This document shows positions 7,783 through 17,647 of a DNA stretch of 64,000 bases, in pieces. Position numbers and translations under genes: made by a program. Location of the stretch: positions 57,071 through 121,070 of the forward strand of contig JAUSDY010000104.1 in the NCBI GenBank assembly GCA_030650395.1, read 5' to 3'. The notes beneath the pieces are model-generated. The model did not search any database, had not been told where the DNA came from, and worked only from the letters and a program-made list of their open reading frames with translations. This stretch comes from Acidobacteriota bacterium. Lineage in GTDB: Bacteria; Acidobacteriota; Vicinamibacteria; Vicinamibacterales; UBA2999. Every line of letters begins with the position of its first letter. The stretch's first letter is position 1.

Positions 7783-9383
7783 CGGGACACCGGAGCGGAA
7801 GGGTTCTGAACGGTTCTGAATGGTTCAGAAAGGTTCGGAAGGGTTCGGACCGGTTCGGAAGGGTTCGCCACGCGCACCGGCTGATGCAGCTGCACGCGAT
7901 CGACGATGCGCTGCACGGCCGGCTCCATGGGTTTCAGGAACACATTCGGGAACACGCCCATCAGGATGGCCGCCGCCGCCAGCGGACCAACGATGGCCCA
8001 TTCGCGGACCGACAGATCCGGCAACAGCTTGTTGTGATCGTTGGTCACGGTGCCGTAGAACACGCGCTGGAACATCCACAGCATGTAGACGGCCGAGAGG
8101 ATGACGCCGAGCGCGGCGATGATCACGAAGCGCTCGTCCCAGCGAAACGCGCCGAGCATGATCAGGAACTCGCCGATGAAGCCGTTCATGCCGGGCAGGC
8201 CGATCGACGACAGCGTGATGATCAAGGTCACCGCCGTAAACCGCGGCATCACGGCCTTGAGCCCGCCGAACTCGCTGATCAGGCGGGTGTGCCGCCGATC
8301 CGACAGCATGCCCACCAGGCAGAACAGCGCGCCGGTGCTGACGCCGTGCGCGAGCATTTGAAACGACGCGCCGTGCACGCCCTGCGTGTTCATGGCGGTG
8401 ATGCCGAGCACGACGAAGCCCATGTGGCTCACCGACGAGTACGCCACCAGCTTCTTCATGTCGGGCTGCACCATCGCCACGAGCGCGCCGTAGACAATCG
8501 CGATCACGGCCAGCGTCGCCAGCACCGGCGAGAACATCAACGCGGCGTCAGGAAACAGCGGGTAGGCGAAGCGGATCAAGCCGTAACCGCCCATCTTCAG
8601 CATCACGCCGGCCAGGATCACGGAGCCGGGCGTCGGCGCCTGGACGTGCGCATCCGGCAGCCACGTGTGGAACGGGAACAGCGGCACCTTGATGATGAAA
8701 GCGATCGTGAAGGCGAGGAAGAACCAGTACTGCGTGTCGGCTGGAATCTGCAGCTCGTAGAGCTTGAGCAGGTCGAAGCTGTACTCGCCGGTCATGGTGT
8801 GGTGGATCCACGACAGGCCGATGATGGCGACGAGCATCAGGACGCTGCCGGCCATGGTGTAGAGGATGAACTTCACCGCGGCGTAGATGCGCTGGTCGTA
8901 GCCCCAGATGCCGATCATGAAGTACATCGGGATCAGGACGAAGTCCCAGAAGATGTAGAACAGGAAGACATCGAGCGCGCAGAAGACGCCGATCATCGAC
9001 GCCTCGAGCAGCAGCATCAGGATCGAGAACTCCTTGACGTGCTTGTCGACGCTCACCCACCCTGAGAGCAGTGCAAGCGGCGTCAGGAAGCCGGTCAGCA
9101 CCAGCAGCAGCAGGCTGAGGCCGTCGATGCCGACGTAGTAGTCGATGCCAAACGACGGGATCCACGGGTGGCGCTCGACCAACTGGAACGCGGGCGCGTC
9201 AGCCGACGGGTCGAAGCCGGCCCACAGGGCCAGCGTCACCGCAAAGGCGACGAGCGACACCCCCAGCGCCAGGTTGCGGATCAAGCCGTCCTTCGAACCG
9301 TCACGGTTCGGAACGAACATCAGCAGCACGGCCCCGATGACGGGCAGCGTGATGGCGAGTGAAAGTAACGGCAACCCGGTCAC
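7779..9383 (-). CDS. nuoM: NADH-quinone oxidoreductase subunit M, with a repeat-derived C-terminal tail
   Basis: NuoM-like translation (WLPDAHVQAPTPGSVILAG). The last roughly 30 aa (NPSEPVRTLPNLSEPFRTVQNPSAPVSR) are encoded by a 10-bp tandem repeat. Confidence 0.9.
   Translation of the reverse strand: MTGLPLLSLAITLPVIGAVLLMFVPNRDGSKDGLIRNLALGVSLVAFAVTLALWAGFDPSADAPAFQLVERHPWIPSFGIDYYVGIDGLSLLLLVLTGFLTPLALLSGWVSVDKHVKEFSILMLLLEASMIGVFCALDVFLFYIFWDFVLIPMYFMIGIWGYDQRIYAAVKFILYTMAGSVLMLVAIIGLSWIHHTMTGEYSFDLLKLYELQIPADTQYWFFLAFTIAFIIKVPLFPFHTWLPDAHVQAPTPGSVILAGVMLKMGGYGLIRFAYPLFPDAALMFSPVLATLAVIAIVYGALVAMVQPDMKKLVAYSSVSHMGFVVLGITAMNTQGVHGASFQMLAHGVSTGALFCLVGMLSDRRHTRLISEFGGLKAVMPRFTAVTLIITLSSIGLPGMNGFIGEFLIMLGAFRWDERFVIIAALGVILSAVYMLWMFQRVFYGTVTNDHNKLLPDLSVREWAIVGPLAAAAILMGVFPNVFLKPMEPAVQRIVDRVQLHQPVRVANPSEPVRTLPNLSEPFRTVQNPSAPVSR
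7791..7871. repeat. 10-bp tandem repeat GGTTC[T/G/A]GAAN, about 7-8 units
   Basis: Consecutive units ggttctgaac, ggttctgaat, ggttcagaaa, ggttcggaag, ggttcggacc, ggttcggaag and ggttcgccac are read from 7802 to 7871. Confidence 0.9.
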
Positions 9384-9390
9384 GTCGTGC

Positions 9391-11397
9391 TCATCTCCAC
9401 AGGTAGTAGGCGAGGATGGCGACCGCGCCCATGAAGGTCGATGCCGCGTAGGTCTTGACCGACCCGTTCTGCATCAACCGGAGCACGATGCTCACACCAC
9501 TCACGAGGTAGCCGGCGCCGTTGACCGCGCCGTCGACCACCTTGACGTCGAAGCCGCGCCAGAGGCCCTCCTCCGACACCACCTTGATCGGCTGCACGAT
9601 GGTGGCGTCGTAGATCTCGTCAACGTAGTACTTGTTGAGCAGCAACCGGTGCACCCCGGAGTACTGCTGCGCCAGCCGCGCGGGAATGTCGCGGCGTTTC
9701 AGCCACAGGAAGGTGGCGAGGCCGATGCCCGCGAACGCCACCAGCGACGACACCACCATCAGCGTGATCTCCAGTGAGGCATGGTCGCCAGCGGCTCCCG
9801 CCTCTTCGCCCGGCAGGCACTCTTCGAGCGCCAGCCCCGCCAGCTCGCCCGTCGTCACCGGCGCGCCGCAGTTGGTGGCCTGGAAGGCGGGCTCGAGCCA
9901 CACGCCCAGCGTGTTGTGGCCGCCGAGCGCGTGTGGAATGCCAATGTAGCCGGCAAGGATCGAGCCGATCGCGAGCACGATCAGCGCGAAGGCCATCGGG
10001 GCCGGCGCATCGTGAAGGTGCGTACCGTGCGTACTGTGCGCTACGGCTGGCTCCGCGTGACCAAAGCGCTCTTCACCGTGAAAGGTCAGGTGGACGAGGC
10101 GGAACATGTACGTCGCCGTCAGCAGCGACGTCAGCACGCCGACCACCCAGAGGATCTGGTGGCCGTGAAGGAACGTCTCGAACAGGATCTCGTCCTTCGA
10201 GAAGAAACCGGCCAGGCCCGGTACGCCGGCGATCGCGATTGCGCCGATCACGAACGTCCAGTAGGTGATCGGGATGTGTTTTTTCAACCCGCCCATCTTG
10301 CGGATGTCCTGCTCGCCGTGCAGCGCGTGAATCACCGCCCCCGAGCCGAGGAAGAGCAACGCCTTGAAGAACGCGTGGGTGTAGAGATGGAAGATGCCCG
10401 CGCCGAACGCGCCGACGCCCATCGCCAGGAACATGTAACCGAGCTGCGACACCGTCGAATAGGCCAGCACCCGCTTGATGTCGTTCTGCACCAGGCCGAT
10501 CGTGCCCGCGAACAGCGCCGTCGAGGCGCCGATCACCGCGACGATGGTCATCGTCATGGGCGCGTGCTCGAACAGCACGGCGTTCCTGCCGATCATGTAG
10601 ACACCAGCCGTCACCATGGTGGCCGCGTGGATCAGCGCCGACACCGGCGTCGGGCCTTCCATCGCGTCGGGCAGCCAGGTGTAGAGAGGAATCTGCGCCG
10701 ACTTGCCGGTGGCGCCGATGAACAGCAGCAGCGAGATGATCGAGAGCGTGCCGAAAGTGGCTTCGACCGGCATCGCCTTCACCGCCAGCGCCACGGTCGT
10801 GAAGTCGAGCGACCCGAAGGTCGTGAACATCAGCAGCGCGCCGAGGATGAACGCGAAGTCGCCGATGCGGTTGACGATAAACGCCTTCTTCGCGGCATCC
10901 GACGCCGACTGTTTCTGGTAGTAGAAGCCAATCAGCAGGTACGAGCACAGGCCCACGCCCTCCCAGCCGACGAACATCACCAGGACGTTCGAGCCGAGCA
11001 CCAGCATGAGCATGAAGAAGCAGAACAGGTTGAGGCAGGAGAAGAACCGCGCGTAATCCGCATCGGTCTCCTCGTGCATGTAGGCAAGCGAGTAGATGTG
11101 GATCAGCGAGCCGATGCCGGTGATGACGAGGATCATCACCGCCGACAGCGCGTCGAGGCGCAGCGCCAGGTCGATCGACAGGTCGGCCGAGGTGACCCAG
11201 GTGAAGAGCGTCTGGTTGATCTGCCGCGACTCGGGCGCGATGCCGGCGAGCGTCCACACCTGCATGGCGGCGATCGCAGACGAGATCACCATCACCAGCG
11301 CGGCCAGGCCGCCAGACACCGGCTTGGGCAGCCGCTTCCCGATCGTCGCGTTGACGAGGAAGCCGGCGAACGGGAGCAGTGGAATCAGCGCCAGCAA
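9391..11397 (-). CDS. nuoL: NADH-quinone oxidoreductase subunit L
   Basis: 668-aa antiporter-like subunit (WLPDAMEGPTPVSALIHAATMVTAG) with a long C-terminal lateral-helix region. Confidence 0.93.
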   Translation of the reverse strand: MLALIPLLPFAGFLVNATIGKRLPKPVSGGLAALVMVISSAIAAMQVWTLAGIAPESRQINQTLFTWVTSADLSIDLALRLDALSAVMILVITGIGSLIHIYSLAYMHEETDADYARFFSCLNLFCFFMLMLVLGSNVLVMFVGWEGVGLCSYLLIGFYYQKQSASDAAKKAFIVNRIGDFAFILGALLMFTTFGSLDFTTVALAVKAMPVEATFGTLSIISLLLFIGATGKSAQIPLYTWLPDAMEGPTPVSALIHAATMVTAGVYMIGRNAVLFEHAPMTMTIVAVIGASTALFAGTIGLVQNDIKRVLAYSTVSQLGYMFLAMGVGAFGAGIFHLYTHAFFKALLFLGSGAVIHALHGEQDIRKMGGLKKHIPITYWTFVIGAIAIAGVPGLAGFFSKDEILFETFLHGHQILWVVGVLTSLLTATYMFRLVHLTFHGEERFGHAEPAVAHSTHGTHLHDAPAPMAFALIVLAIGSILAGYIGIPHALGGHNTLGVWLEPAFQATNCGAPVTTGELAGLALEECLPGEEAGAAGDHASLEITLMVVSSLVAFAGIGLATFLWLKRRDIPARLAQQYSGVHRLLLNKYYVDEIYDATIVQPIKVVSEEGLWRGFDVKVVDGAVNGAGYLVSGVSIVLRLMQNGSVKTYAASTFMGAVAILAYYLWR

Positions 11398-11401
11398 CGG
11401 A

Positions 11402-11701
11402 TCACCATTTGAGCGTCGTGAACGCTTCGGGGTTGAGCGATTCGCGGGTGCGGAACAGCGCGATGACGAGCGCCAGGCCCACGGCGGCCTCTGCGGCCGC
11501 GACGGTCATCACGAAGAACGTGATGATCTGGCCGTCGACGGTGCCGAACTGACGGCCGAACGCCACGAACGTCAGGTTGACGGCGTTCAGCATGATCTCG
11601 ACCGACAGCAGCATCGTGATCAGGTTGCGCCGCAGGAACACGCCGACCGCACCGATGCAGAACAGCAGGCCCGACAGCACGAGGTAGTGGCCAATCGGCA
11701 C
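11402..11701 (-). CDS. nuoK: NADH-quinone oxidoreductase subunit K
   Basis: 99-aa three-TM protein (LSVEIMLNAVNL, AAAEAAVGLA) in the expected operon position. Confidence 0.92.
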   Translation of the reverse strand: MPIGHYLVLSGLLFCIGAVGVFLRRNLITMLLSVEIMLNAVNLTFVAFGRQFGTVDGQIITFFVMTVAAAEAAVGLALVIALFRTRESLNPEAFTTLKW

Positions 11702-11703
11702 GG

Positions 11704-12252
11704 TCAGTCCTCCCTCTTGCGTGCGAGCACGACGGCGCCGACCATCGCGATGATGATGAGGATCGACGTCACTTCGAACGCGAACATGTAACCGGCGGAG
11801 CCGTCGCCAGCGCCGCTGAAAAGCTTCACGCCGAGGTCCGACACCGAGGACGCCGCAGCGGTGTCATCGCCGACGCCGGCAGACAGGCCTGGCGTTCTCG
11901 ACAACGCCCAGCCAAGCTGCAACGCCATCAACAGCGCCAGCACGGCACCGATGCGGACCGCGCCGGGCCGATAGAGCGGATGCGACTTGTCCCACTCCGC
12001 CGCGTCTTCGCGCGGCACGTTGAGCAACATCACCGTGAACAGGAACAGCACCATGATGGCGCCGGCGTAAATGATGATCTGCACCACCGCGACAAACGGC
12101 GCCTCGAGCAGCACGTAGAGGCCCGACAGGCCGAAGAACGACGCGATCAGCGCCAGCACGCTGTAGACGGGGTTGCGCTGCGACACGACCAGCAACGCGC
12201 CCAGCACGGCGACTCCGGCGAACGCGTAGAACAGCAAGGCGTCGCTAGACAT
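11704..12252 (-). CDS. nuoJ: NADH-quinone oxidoreductase subunit J
   Basis: 182-aa membrane protein between nuoH and nuoK (VVQIIIYAGAIMVLFLF). Confidence 0.88.
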   Translation of the reverse strand: MSSDALLFYAFAGVAVLGALLVVSQRNPVYSVLALIASFFGLSGLYVLLEAPFVAVVQIIIYAGAIMVLFLFTVMLLNVPREDAAEWDKSHPLYRPGAVRIGAVLALLMALQLGWALSRTPGLSAGVGDDTAAASSVSDLGVKLFSGAGDGSAGYMFAFEVTSILIIIAMVGAVVLARKRED

Positions 12253-13294
12253 TGAAGTAGAGAATTCCCGCCGCCGTAAGCAGCAAGTTGACGGTGGCCA
12301 GCGGCAACAGCACCTTCCATCCGAACGACATCAGCTGGTCGTAGCGAAAGCGCGGCAGCGTCCAGCGCAGCCACAGGTAACAGAACAGCAGGAACGCCAG
12401 CTTGATCACGAACCAGATCCAGCCGTATTCCGTCGGAATGAACGGGCCGTGCCAGCCGCCGAGGAACAGGTTCACGGCCACGGCCGAGACCGTCACCATG
12501 TTGATGTACTCCGCCATAAAGAACATGGCGAAGCGCATCGAGCTGTATTCGGTGTGATAGCCGGCAACCAGCTCCTGCTCGGCTTCCGGGAAGTCGAACG
12601 GCGCGCGGTTGGTTTCGGCAATGCCCGCGCACGCGAACACGAAGAAGCCGAGGAACTGCGGGAAGATGTACCACTTCGGGATCACGCCGAGCCAATAGCC
12701 GCTCTGCTGGCCGACGATCTCTTTCAGCGACATCGTGTCGGCCATCATCACCACGGTGGCCAGCGACATGCCGTACGCCAGTTCGTAGCTGATCATCTGC
12801 GCCGAGCTGCGCAAGCCGCCCAGCAGCGAATACTTGGAGTTGCTCGCCCAGCCGGCGAGCACGATGCCGTAGACGCCCATCGAGGCGACGGCGAAGATCA
12901 CCAGTACGGCGACGTTGACGTCCGCGATCATCAGCGCCATGGGCTCGTCGAGCAGGCCGAAAAACGTGGTCGGCGCGCCGAAGGGTACCGGCGCGAACGC
13001 CAGGAACGCGGTGGTCACCGAGATAATGGGGGCCAGCGAGAACAGGAAGGCATCCGCCGCCTTCGGCCGCAGCTCTTCCTTGAAGAACAGTTTGACGATG
13101 TCGGCGATCGGCTGCAGCAGACCCTGGGGCCCCACCCGGTTCGGACCGTTGCGCTGTTGCATGAACGCCGAGACCTTGCGCTCGGCGTAGACCATCACGG
13201 CCGCCGAAATCTGCAGCGCCATGAACACCACGCCGACGATCGCCGAGTAGGCGATGAATTCGGGCGAGGTGACGTAGTCGATGATGCCCGACAC
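12245..13294 (-). CDS. nuoH: NADH-quinone oxidoreductase subunit H
   Basis: NuoH/ND1-like translation (AERKVSAFMQQRNGPNRVGPQGLLQP, ETNRAPFDFPEAEQELVAGYHTEY). Confidence 0.95.
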   Translation of the reverse strand: MSGIIDYVTSPEFIAYSAIVGVVFMALQISAAVMVYAERKVSAFMQQRNGPNRVGPQGLLQPIADIVKLFFKEELRPKAADAFLFSLAPIISVTTAFLAFAPVPFGAPTTFFGLLDEPMALMIADVNVAVLVIFAVASMGVYGIVLAGWASNSKYSLLGGLRSSAQMISYELAYGMSLATVVMMADTMSLKEIVGQQSGYWLGVIPKWYIFPQFLGFFVFACAGIAETNRAPFDFPEAEQELVAGYHTEYSSMRFAMFFMAEYINMVTVSAVAVNLFLGGWHGPFIPTEYGWIWFVIKLAFLLFCYLWLRWTLPRFRYDQLMSFGWKVLLPLATVNLLLTAAGILYFNV

Positions 13295-13295
13295 G

Positions 13296-15281
13296 TCAGT
13301 GCGTCTCCACCGGTTTATCCGCCGTAGCCTTGGCGAAGGTGGACGTGCGCGCGCGATACGGCGCGGCCGCGGGCTGCTTGCCCTTCACGTAGGCCTCGAA
13401 CTCGGGCTTGAACCACTTGAGCGTGGTCAACACCGGCGTCGCCGCGGCGTCGCCGAATGCGCAGAGCGACTTGCCGTTGATGTTGTTGGCGACGCTTTCG
13501 AGCAGCGCGATGTCTTTCGAGGTGGACTTGCCGCCGATCATGCGGTGCAGCAGCCGATACAGCCAGTCGGTGCCTTCGCGGCACGGCGTGCACTTGCCGC
13601 ACGATTCGTGCTGGTAGAAGTGCAGCAGGTTCTCGGCGAGCCACACCATGTCGGTGGTGTCGTCGAGCGCGATGATCGCGGCCGAGCCGAGCATCGAGCC
13701 GGCGCGCTGGATGTCGTCGAAGCTGGCCGGGATGTCGATCTGATCCGGCATCAGGATCGGCACCGACGATCCGCCCGGGATCACCGCCTTGAGGGTGCGG
13801 CCGTCGAGCGGCCCGCCGGCATAGTCGTAGATCAATTCCTTGAGCGTCACCTTCATCGGCGCTTCGAACACGCCGGGATGCTTGACGGCGCCGCTGACGC
13901 AGAACAACTTCGGCCCGCCGTTCTTCTCGGGGCCGAGCGCCGCGAACCAATCGGCGCCGCGCGTCATCACCAGCGGCACGTTGCAGAGCGTCTCGACGTT
14001 ATTGACCGCGGTCGGGCAGTGCCACGCGCCTTCGACCGCCGGGAACGGCGGCTTGAATCGCGGCTGCGCGCGCTTGCCTTCCAGCGATTCGAGCAGCGCC
14101 GTTTCTTCACCGGCCTCGTACGCACCAGCGCCGCGATGCAGGTAGATCTCGCAGTCGAAGCCGGAGCCGAGGATGTTGTTGCCGACGAAGCCGGCGCGCC
14201 GCGCATCGGCGATCGCCTTCTCCATCGCGGGAAAGAGGTGATAGAACTCGCCGCGAATGTAGATGTAGGCGGCCTTCGATCCGATCGCGTAGCAGCCAAT
14301 CAGGCACCCTTCCACCAACAGGTGTGGGTTGCGCTCCATCAGCAGGTGATCCTTGAAAGTGCCCGGCTCGCTTTCGTCCGCGTTGCAAACGATGAACTTG
14401 GGCTTGGGCGACTTCTTGTCGACGAACTGCCACTTGAGCCCGGTCGGAAAGCCCGCGCCGCCGCGGCCGCGCAGTCCGGATTTCTTGACGTCCTCGATCA
14501 CGGCGTCGGGCGTCATGCCGAGCGCCTTCTTCAAGCCTTCGTAGCCCTGCTGGTTCTTGACGTAGTGATCGAATTCCGCGCCGCCGGGCGTGAAGGCGTA
14601 CTTCGTCAGCACGGGCTCGTAATTCGGGTCCGCCTTGCACTTCGCCGGCGTGGTCGTCTTGCCCTGGTGATCGCCGCGCTGCTCGACCTGCAGGTGGCAG
14701 CCGTTGAGGGCCTTCAGTCCCTCGGTCTTGATCTTGTCGACCAGCGCGCCGGTCTCTTCAGGCTTGAGCAGCTCGTGCCAATGCTCGTTGTTGACCATCA
14801 TCACGGGCGCGCGGTCGCACGCGCCGAGACATTCCATCGGCTGGATGGTGAACATGCCGGTGGCGTCGGTCTCGCCCGGCTTGATCCCGAGCTTGTGCTG
14901 CAGCTCTTCGACCACGCGCTCGGCGCCGGCCAGCGCGCACGACAGCGTCGTGCAGACTTGCAGCACGTACTTGCCCACCGGGTTGCGGTGGAACATCACG
15001 TAATACGACGCCACGTCTTCGACTTCCGCCGTGGTGCAGCCGATCACCTCGGCGACGTGCCGCGCCGCGTTGTTCGAGATGTAGCCCTGCTGTTCCTGCA
15101 CCAGGTACAGCGCATGGAGGATCGCCGACTTGCGATGTTCGGGCGCATAGTGCGAGGCGAACTCCTCGAAGTTCGCGCGCGCCGTGCCGGTGTAGGCAAA
15201 CTCCGGGCCTTCCGGCAGCGTGACCCGCATGGAGCGGTGCCACTCGGTCGTGCCGTAGGGCATCGCGGGATGGAAACTCAT
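13296..15281 (-). CDS. nuoEF: NuoE-NuoF fusion protein (NADH dehydrogenase 24-kDa and 51-kDa modules in one ORF)
   Basis: The N-terminal part has the NuoE 2Fe-2S Cys pattern (CTTLSCALAG ... CLGACDRAP). The C-terminal part has the NuoF FMN and N3 motifs (GRGGAGFPTGLKW, ESCGKCTPCREG). There is one continuous frame of 661 aa. The ATG at 15281 overlaps the nuoD stop (ATGA), so the longer 840-aa track ORF is rejected. Confidence 0.9.
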   Translation of the reverse strand: MSFHPAMPYGTTEWHRSMRVTLPEGPEFAYTGTARANFEEFASHYAPEHRKSAILHALYLVQEQQGYISNNAARHVAEVIGCTTAEVEDVASYYVMFHRNPVGKYVLQVCTTLSCALAGAERVVEELQHKLGIKPGETDATGMFTIQPMECLGACDRAPVMMVNNEHWHELLKPEETGALVDKIKTEGLKALNGCHLQVEQRGDHQGKTTTPAKCKADPNYEPVLTKYAFTPGGAEFDHYVKNQQGYEGLKKALGMTPDAVIEDVKKSGLRGRGGAGFPTGLKWQFVDKKSPKPKFIVCNADESEPGTFKDHLLMERNPHLLVEGCLIGCYAIGSKAAYIYIRGEFYHLFPAMEKAIADARRAGFVGNNILGSGFDCEIYLHRGAGAYEAGEETALLESLEGKRAQPRFKPPFPAVEGAWHCPTAVNNVETLCNVPLVMTRGADWFAALGPEKNGGPKLFCVSGAVKHPGVFEAPMKVTLKELIYDYAGGPLDGRTLKAVIPGGSSVPILMPDQIDIPASFDDIQRAGSMLGSAAIIALDDTTDMVWLAENLLHFYQHESCGKCTPCREGTDWLYRLLHRMIGGKSTSKDIALLESVANNINGKSLCAFGDAAATPVLTTLKWFKPEFEAYVKGKQPAAAPYRARTSTFAKATADKPVETH

Positions 15282-16459
15282 CGATCGACGTCTCCCATCA
15301 CCACGTCGAGCGAGCCGATCACCGCGATCACGTCCGCGATCATGCCCCCGACGATGAACTTGTGCAGCGACTGGCAGGCCATCAGCCCGGGCGAGCGCAT
15401 GTGCACGCGCCACGGACGGTTGGTGCCGTCCGACACCACGTAGCAGCCGTGCTCGCCGCGCGGCCCCTCGACCGGCACATAGGCATCGCCGGCAGGAACC
15501 TTGAAGCCCTGCGAGTAAATCAGGAAGTGCTGAATCAGCGCTTCCATCTCGGTGTAAACCTGGTCCTTGGGCGGCGGCACGATGCGCTTGTCGTTGCAGG
15601 CGAACTCGCCGACCGGCGAGATCCGCTCGAGCGCCTGCTGGCAGATCTTGACGCTCTCGCGCATTTCGGCGACGCGCACCAGGTAGCGATCGTAGACGTC
15701 GCCGTTGGAAGCGCCGATCACGTCGAAGTCGTAGCTCTCGTAGCCGGTGTACGGGAACGCCCGGCGGACGTCGTAATCGCCGCCGGCGGCGCGCGCGATC
15801 GGGCCGTAGAGGCCCCACTTGCAGCAGTCGGCGTACGCGATCACGCCGACGCCGCGGGTGCGATCGAGCCAGATCGGGTTCTTGGTGATCAGCGTCTCGT
15901 ATTCATCGAGCTTGCCGGGCAGGCGATCGAGGAACTCCTTGACGGCTTCCTTGTAGCCGCGCGGGATGTCTTCGCGCAGGCCGCCGACGCGAATGTAGCT
16001 CGGGAAGAAGCGGAACCCGCCGAGCATCTCGTTCAGGTTCATCAGGATCTCGCGCTCGCGGAACGCGTAGAGCATCCCGGTGATCGCGCCGATCTCCATG
16101 GTGTGCGTGCCGAACCACACCAGGTGGCTGCTGATCCGCTGCAGCTCGGCGATCAGCACGCGGATCGCCTGCACGCGCTCGGGCATCTCGAGGCCGAGCA
16201 GCTGTTCCACCGTCAGGCAGAACGCGAGGCTGTTGGACTGCGGCCCGAGATAGTCCATGCGCTCGACCAGCGGGATCACCTGCTGCCACTTCTTCTGCTC
16301 GCAGGTCTTCTCGATGCCGGTGTGCAGGAAGCCGATGGTGGGCGTGACCGACACGACGGTCTCGCCATCGAGCTCCAGCACCAGCCGCAGCACGCCGTGC
16401 GTGCTGGGGTGCTGTGGCCCCATGTTGACCGTCATCGTCTCGGTGCGAACGTCAGCCAT
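15278..16459 (-). CDS. nuoD: NADH-quinone oxidoreductase subunit D
   Basis: 393-aa NuoD-like translation ([33 protein letters not shown]). Confidence 0.95.
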   Translation of the reverse strand: MADVRTETMTVNMGPQHPSTHGVLRLVLELDGETVVSVTPTIGFLHTGIEKTCEQKKWQQVIPLVERMDYLGPQSNSLAFCLTVEQLLGLEMPERVQAIRVLIAELQRISSHLVWFGTHTMEIGAITGMLYAFREREILMNLNEMLGGFRFFPSYIRVGGLREDIPRGYKEAVKEFLDRLPGKLDEYETLITKNPIWLDRTRGVGVIAYADCCKWGLYGPIARAAGGDYDVRRAFPYTGYESYDFDVIGASNGDVYDRYLVRVAEMRESVKICQQALERISPVGEFACNDKRIVPPPKDQVYTEMEALIQHFLIYSQGFKVPAGDAYVPVEGPRGEHGCYVVSDGTNRPWRVHMRSPGLMACQSLHKFIVGGMIADVIAVIGSLDVVMGDVDR

Positions 16460-17030
16460 TCAACTCGTCCTCAACCAGCTCACAAAGGATGTGCAACAGC
16501 GTGATGTGCACCTCCTGAACCCGCGGCGTGCGGTCGTCGTCTACGCCGAGGTGAATCTTCGCGATCGTTCCCGCCTGTCCGCCGCGCCCGGTCAGCGCGA
16601 TGGTGACCAACCCGCGATCGGTGGCCGTCTCGAGCGCCCGCAACACGTTCGGCGAGTTGCCGCTCGTCGTAATCCCCAGCGCCACGTCGCCGGGCTTGCC
16701 GTGCGCCTCGATCTGCCGCGCGAACACGCGATCGAACCCGTAATCGTTGCCGAGCGCCGTCAGGATGCTGGTGTCGGTCGAGAGCGCCATTGCCGGCCAC
16801 GCGCGCCGTTCCCGCTCGTATCGCCCGACCAGTTCAGCAACGAAGTGCTGCGCATCCGCGGCGCTGCCGCCGTTGCCAAACGCCAGTACTTTCCCGCCCG
16901 CCTTCAAGGCCTTGCCGATCGCGCTCGCGGCCTCGACTACCGGGCCCACGCCGGCCGCCATCCGCTCGTGTGCGGCAGCCGCTTCGCGCAGCGCGCGAAC
17001 CGCGTGCGCCGCGCGTGTCTCGTCGGCCAT
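16452..17030 (-). CDS. SIS-domain protein, GmhA/DiaA-like (phosphoheptose-isomerase family), embedded in the nuo operon
   Basis: 192-aa ORF with the [12 protein letters not shown] motif and the TTSGNSPNV motif typical of GmhA/DiaA SIS proteins. Its start overlaps the nuoC stop by 1 nt, and its 3' end overlaps the nuoD start by 8 nt. Confidence 0.8.
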   Translation of the reverse strand: MADETRAAHAVRALREAAAAHERMAAGVGPVVEAASAIGKALKAGGKVLAFGNGGSAADAQHFVAELVGRYERERRAWPAMALSTDTSILTALGNDYGFDRVFARQIEAHGKPGDVALGITTSGNSPNVLRALETATDRGLVTIALTGRGGQAGTIAKIHLGVDDDRTPRVQEVHITLLHILCELVEDELNG

Positions 17031-17647
17031 TACTCCTTCGGAGCCTGGCTAGCCGACCTGTCCACCGTAGCCTTGGCGAAGGTGGAAGCCTTTGGCGTAG
17101 GCTGCCGCGAATAGCGATCGCGCTCCATGTTCGCCCGGAACTCCTCTTCGGTGACCTGCAGCGGCATGTAGGTCTGCGCGTCTTTGCGGAGCTGCACCGG
17201 GTAGTCCTTGCGCAGCGGGTGGCCTTCCCAGTCGTCCGGCATCATCAGCCGCCGTAAATCTTCATGACCCGTGAACACGATGCCGAACAGGTCGTAGAGC
17301 TCGCGCTCGGGCCAGCCCGCGCCCGGAAACACCGGCGTCAGCGACGGCACTTCTTCGTCCTTGTTGACGCGCACCTTGAGGCGCACGCGCGCGCGGCGAT
17401 GCGGCGACACCAGGTGATACACCACGTCGAAGCGCGGGTCGCGATTGGGATGAAAGTCCACCGCGGTCACGTCGGAGAAGGCAATGTATTCGAGCCCGGG
17501 GCCCTGCAACGCCTGGCACGTGGCGATCAAATCCTCACACCGCACGAGGATGCCCGGCGTGACGTCGGAATCCGACGACACCAGCGGCTCGTACGTGGCC
17601 GAAGGTACAGACGCCGCCAGCGCCGTGATGATCTCGGCCGCGCTCAT
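17030..17647 (-). CDS. nuoC: NADH-quinone oxidoreductase subunit C
   Basis: NuoC-like core ([27 protein letters not shown]). The C-terminal tail ...[11 protein letters not shown] is encoded by a dispersed repeat. Confidence 0.9.
   Translation of the reverse strand: MSAAEIITALAASVPSATYEPLVSSDSDVTPGILVRCEDLIATCQALQGPGLEYIAFSDVTAVDFHPNRDPRFDVVYHLVSPHRRARVRLKVRVNKDEEVPSLTPVFPGAGWPERELYDLFGIVFTGHEDLRRLMMPDDWEGHPLRKDYPVQLRKDAQTYMPLQVTEEEFRANMERDRYSRQPTPKASTFAKATVDRSASQAPKE

Noticed and set aside
9781-11412. A 543-aa plus-strand ORF, and similar long ORFs antisense to the nuoL, nuoM, nuoN and nuoH genes.
   Set aside because: These are shadow ORFs opposite clearly identified membrane subunits. Their charged Arg/Asp/His-rich translations are incompatible with real proteins of this size.
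13281-15443. A 720-aa plus-strand ORF.
   Set aside because: It lies antisense to the NuoE-NuoF coding sequence. The Arg/Ala/Gly-rich translation is typical of shadow ORFs in high-G+C DNA, and I recognised no motifs. The opposite strand has unambiguous Nuo motifs.
15282-15818. N-terminal extension of the nuoEF ORF, giving the 840-aa track ORF 13296-15818.
   Set aside because: The extension overlaps nuoD out of frame and translates to Arg-rich low-complexity sequence. The ATG at 15281 gives an ATGA junction with the nuoD stop and a NuoE-like N-terminus.
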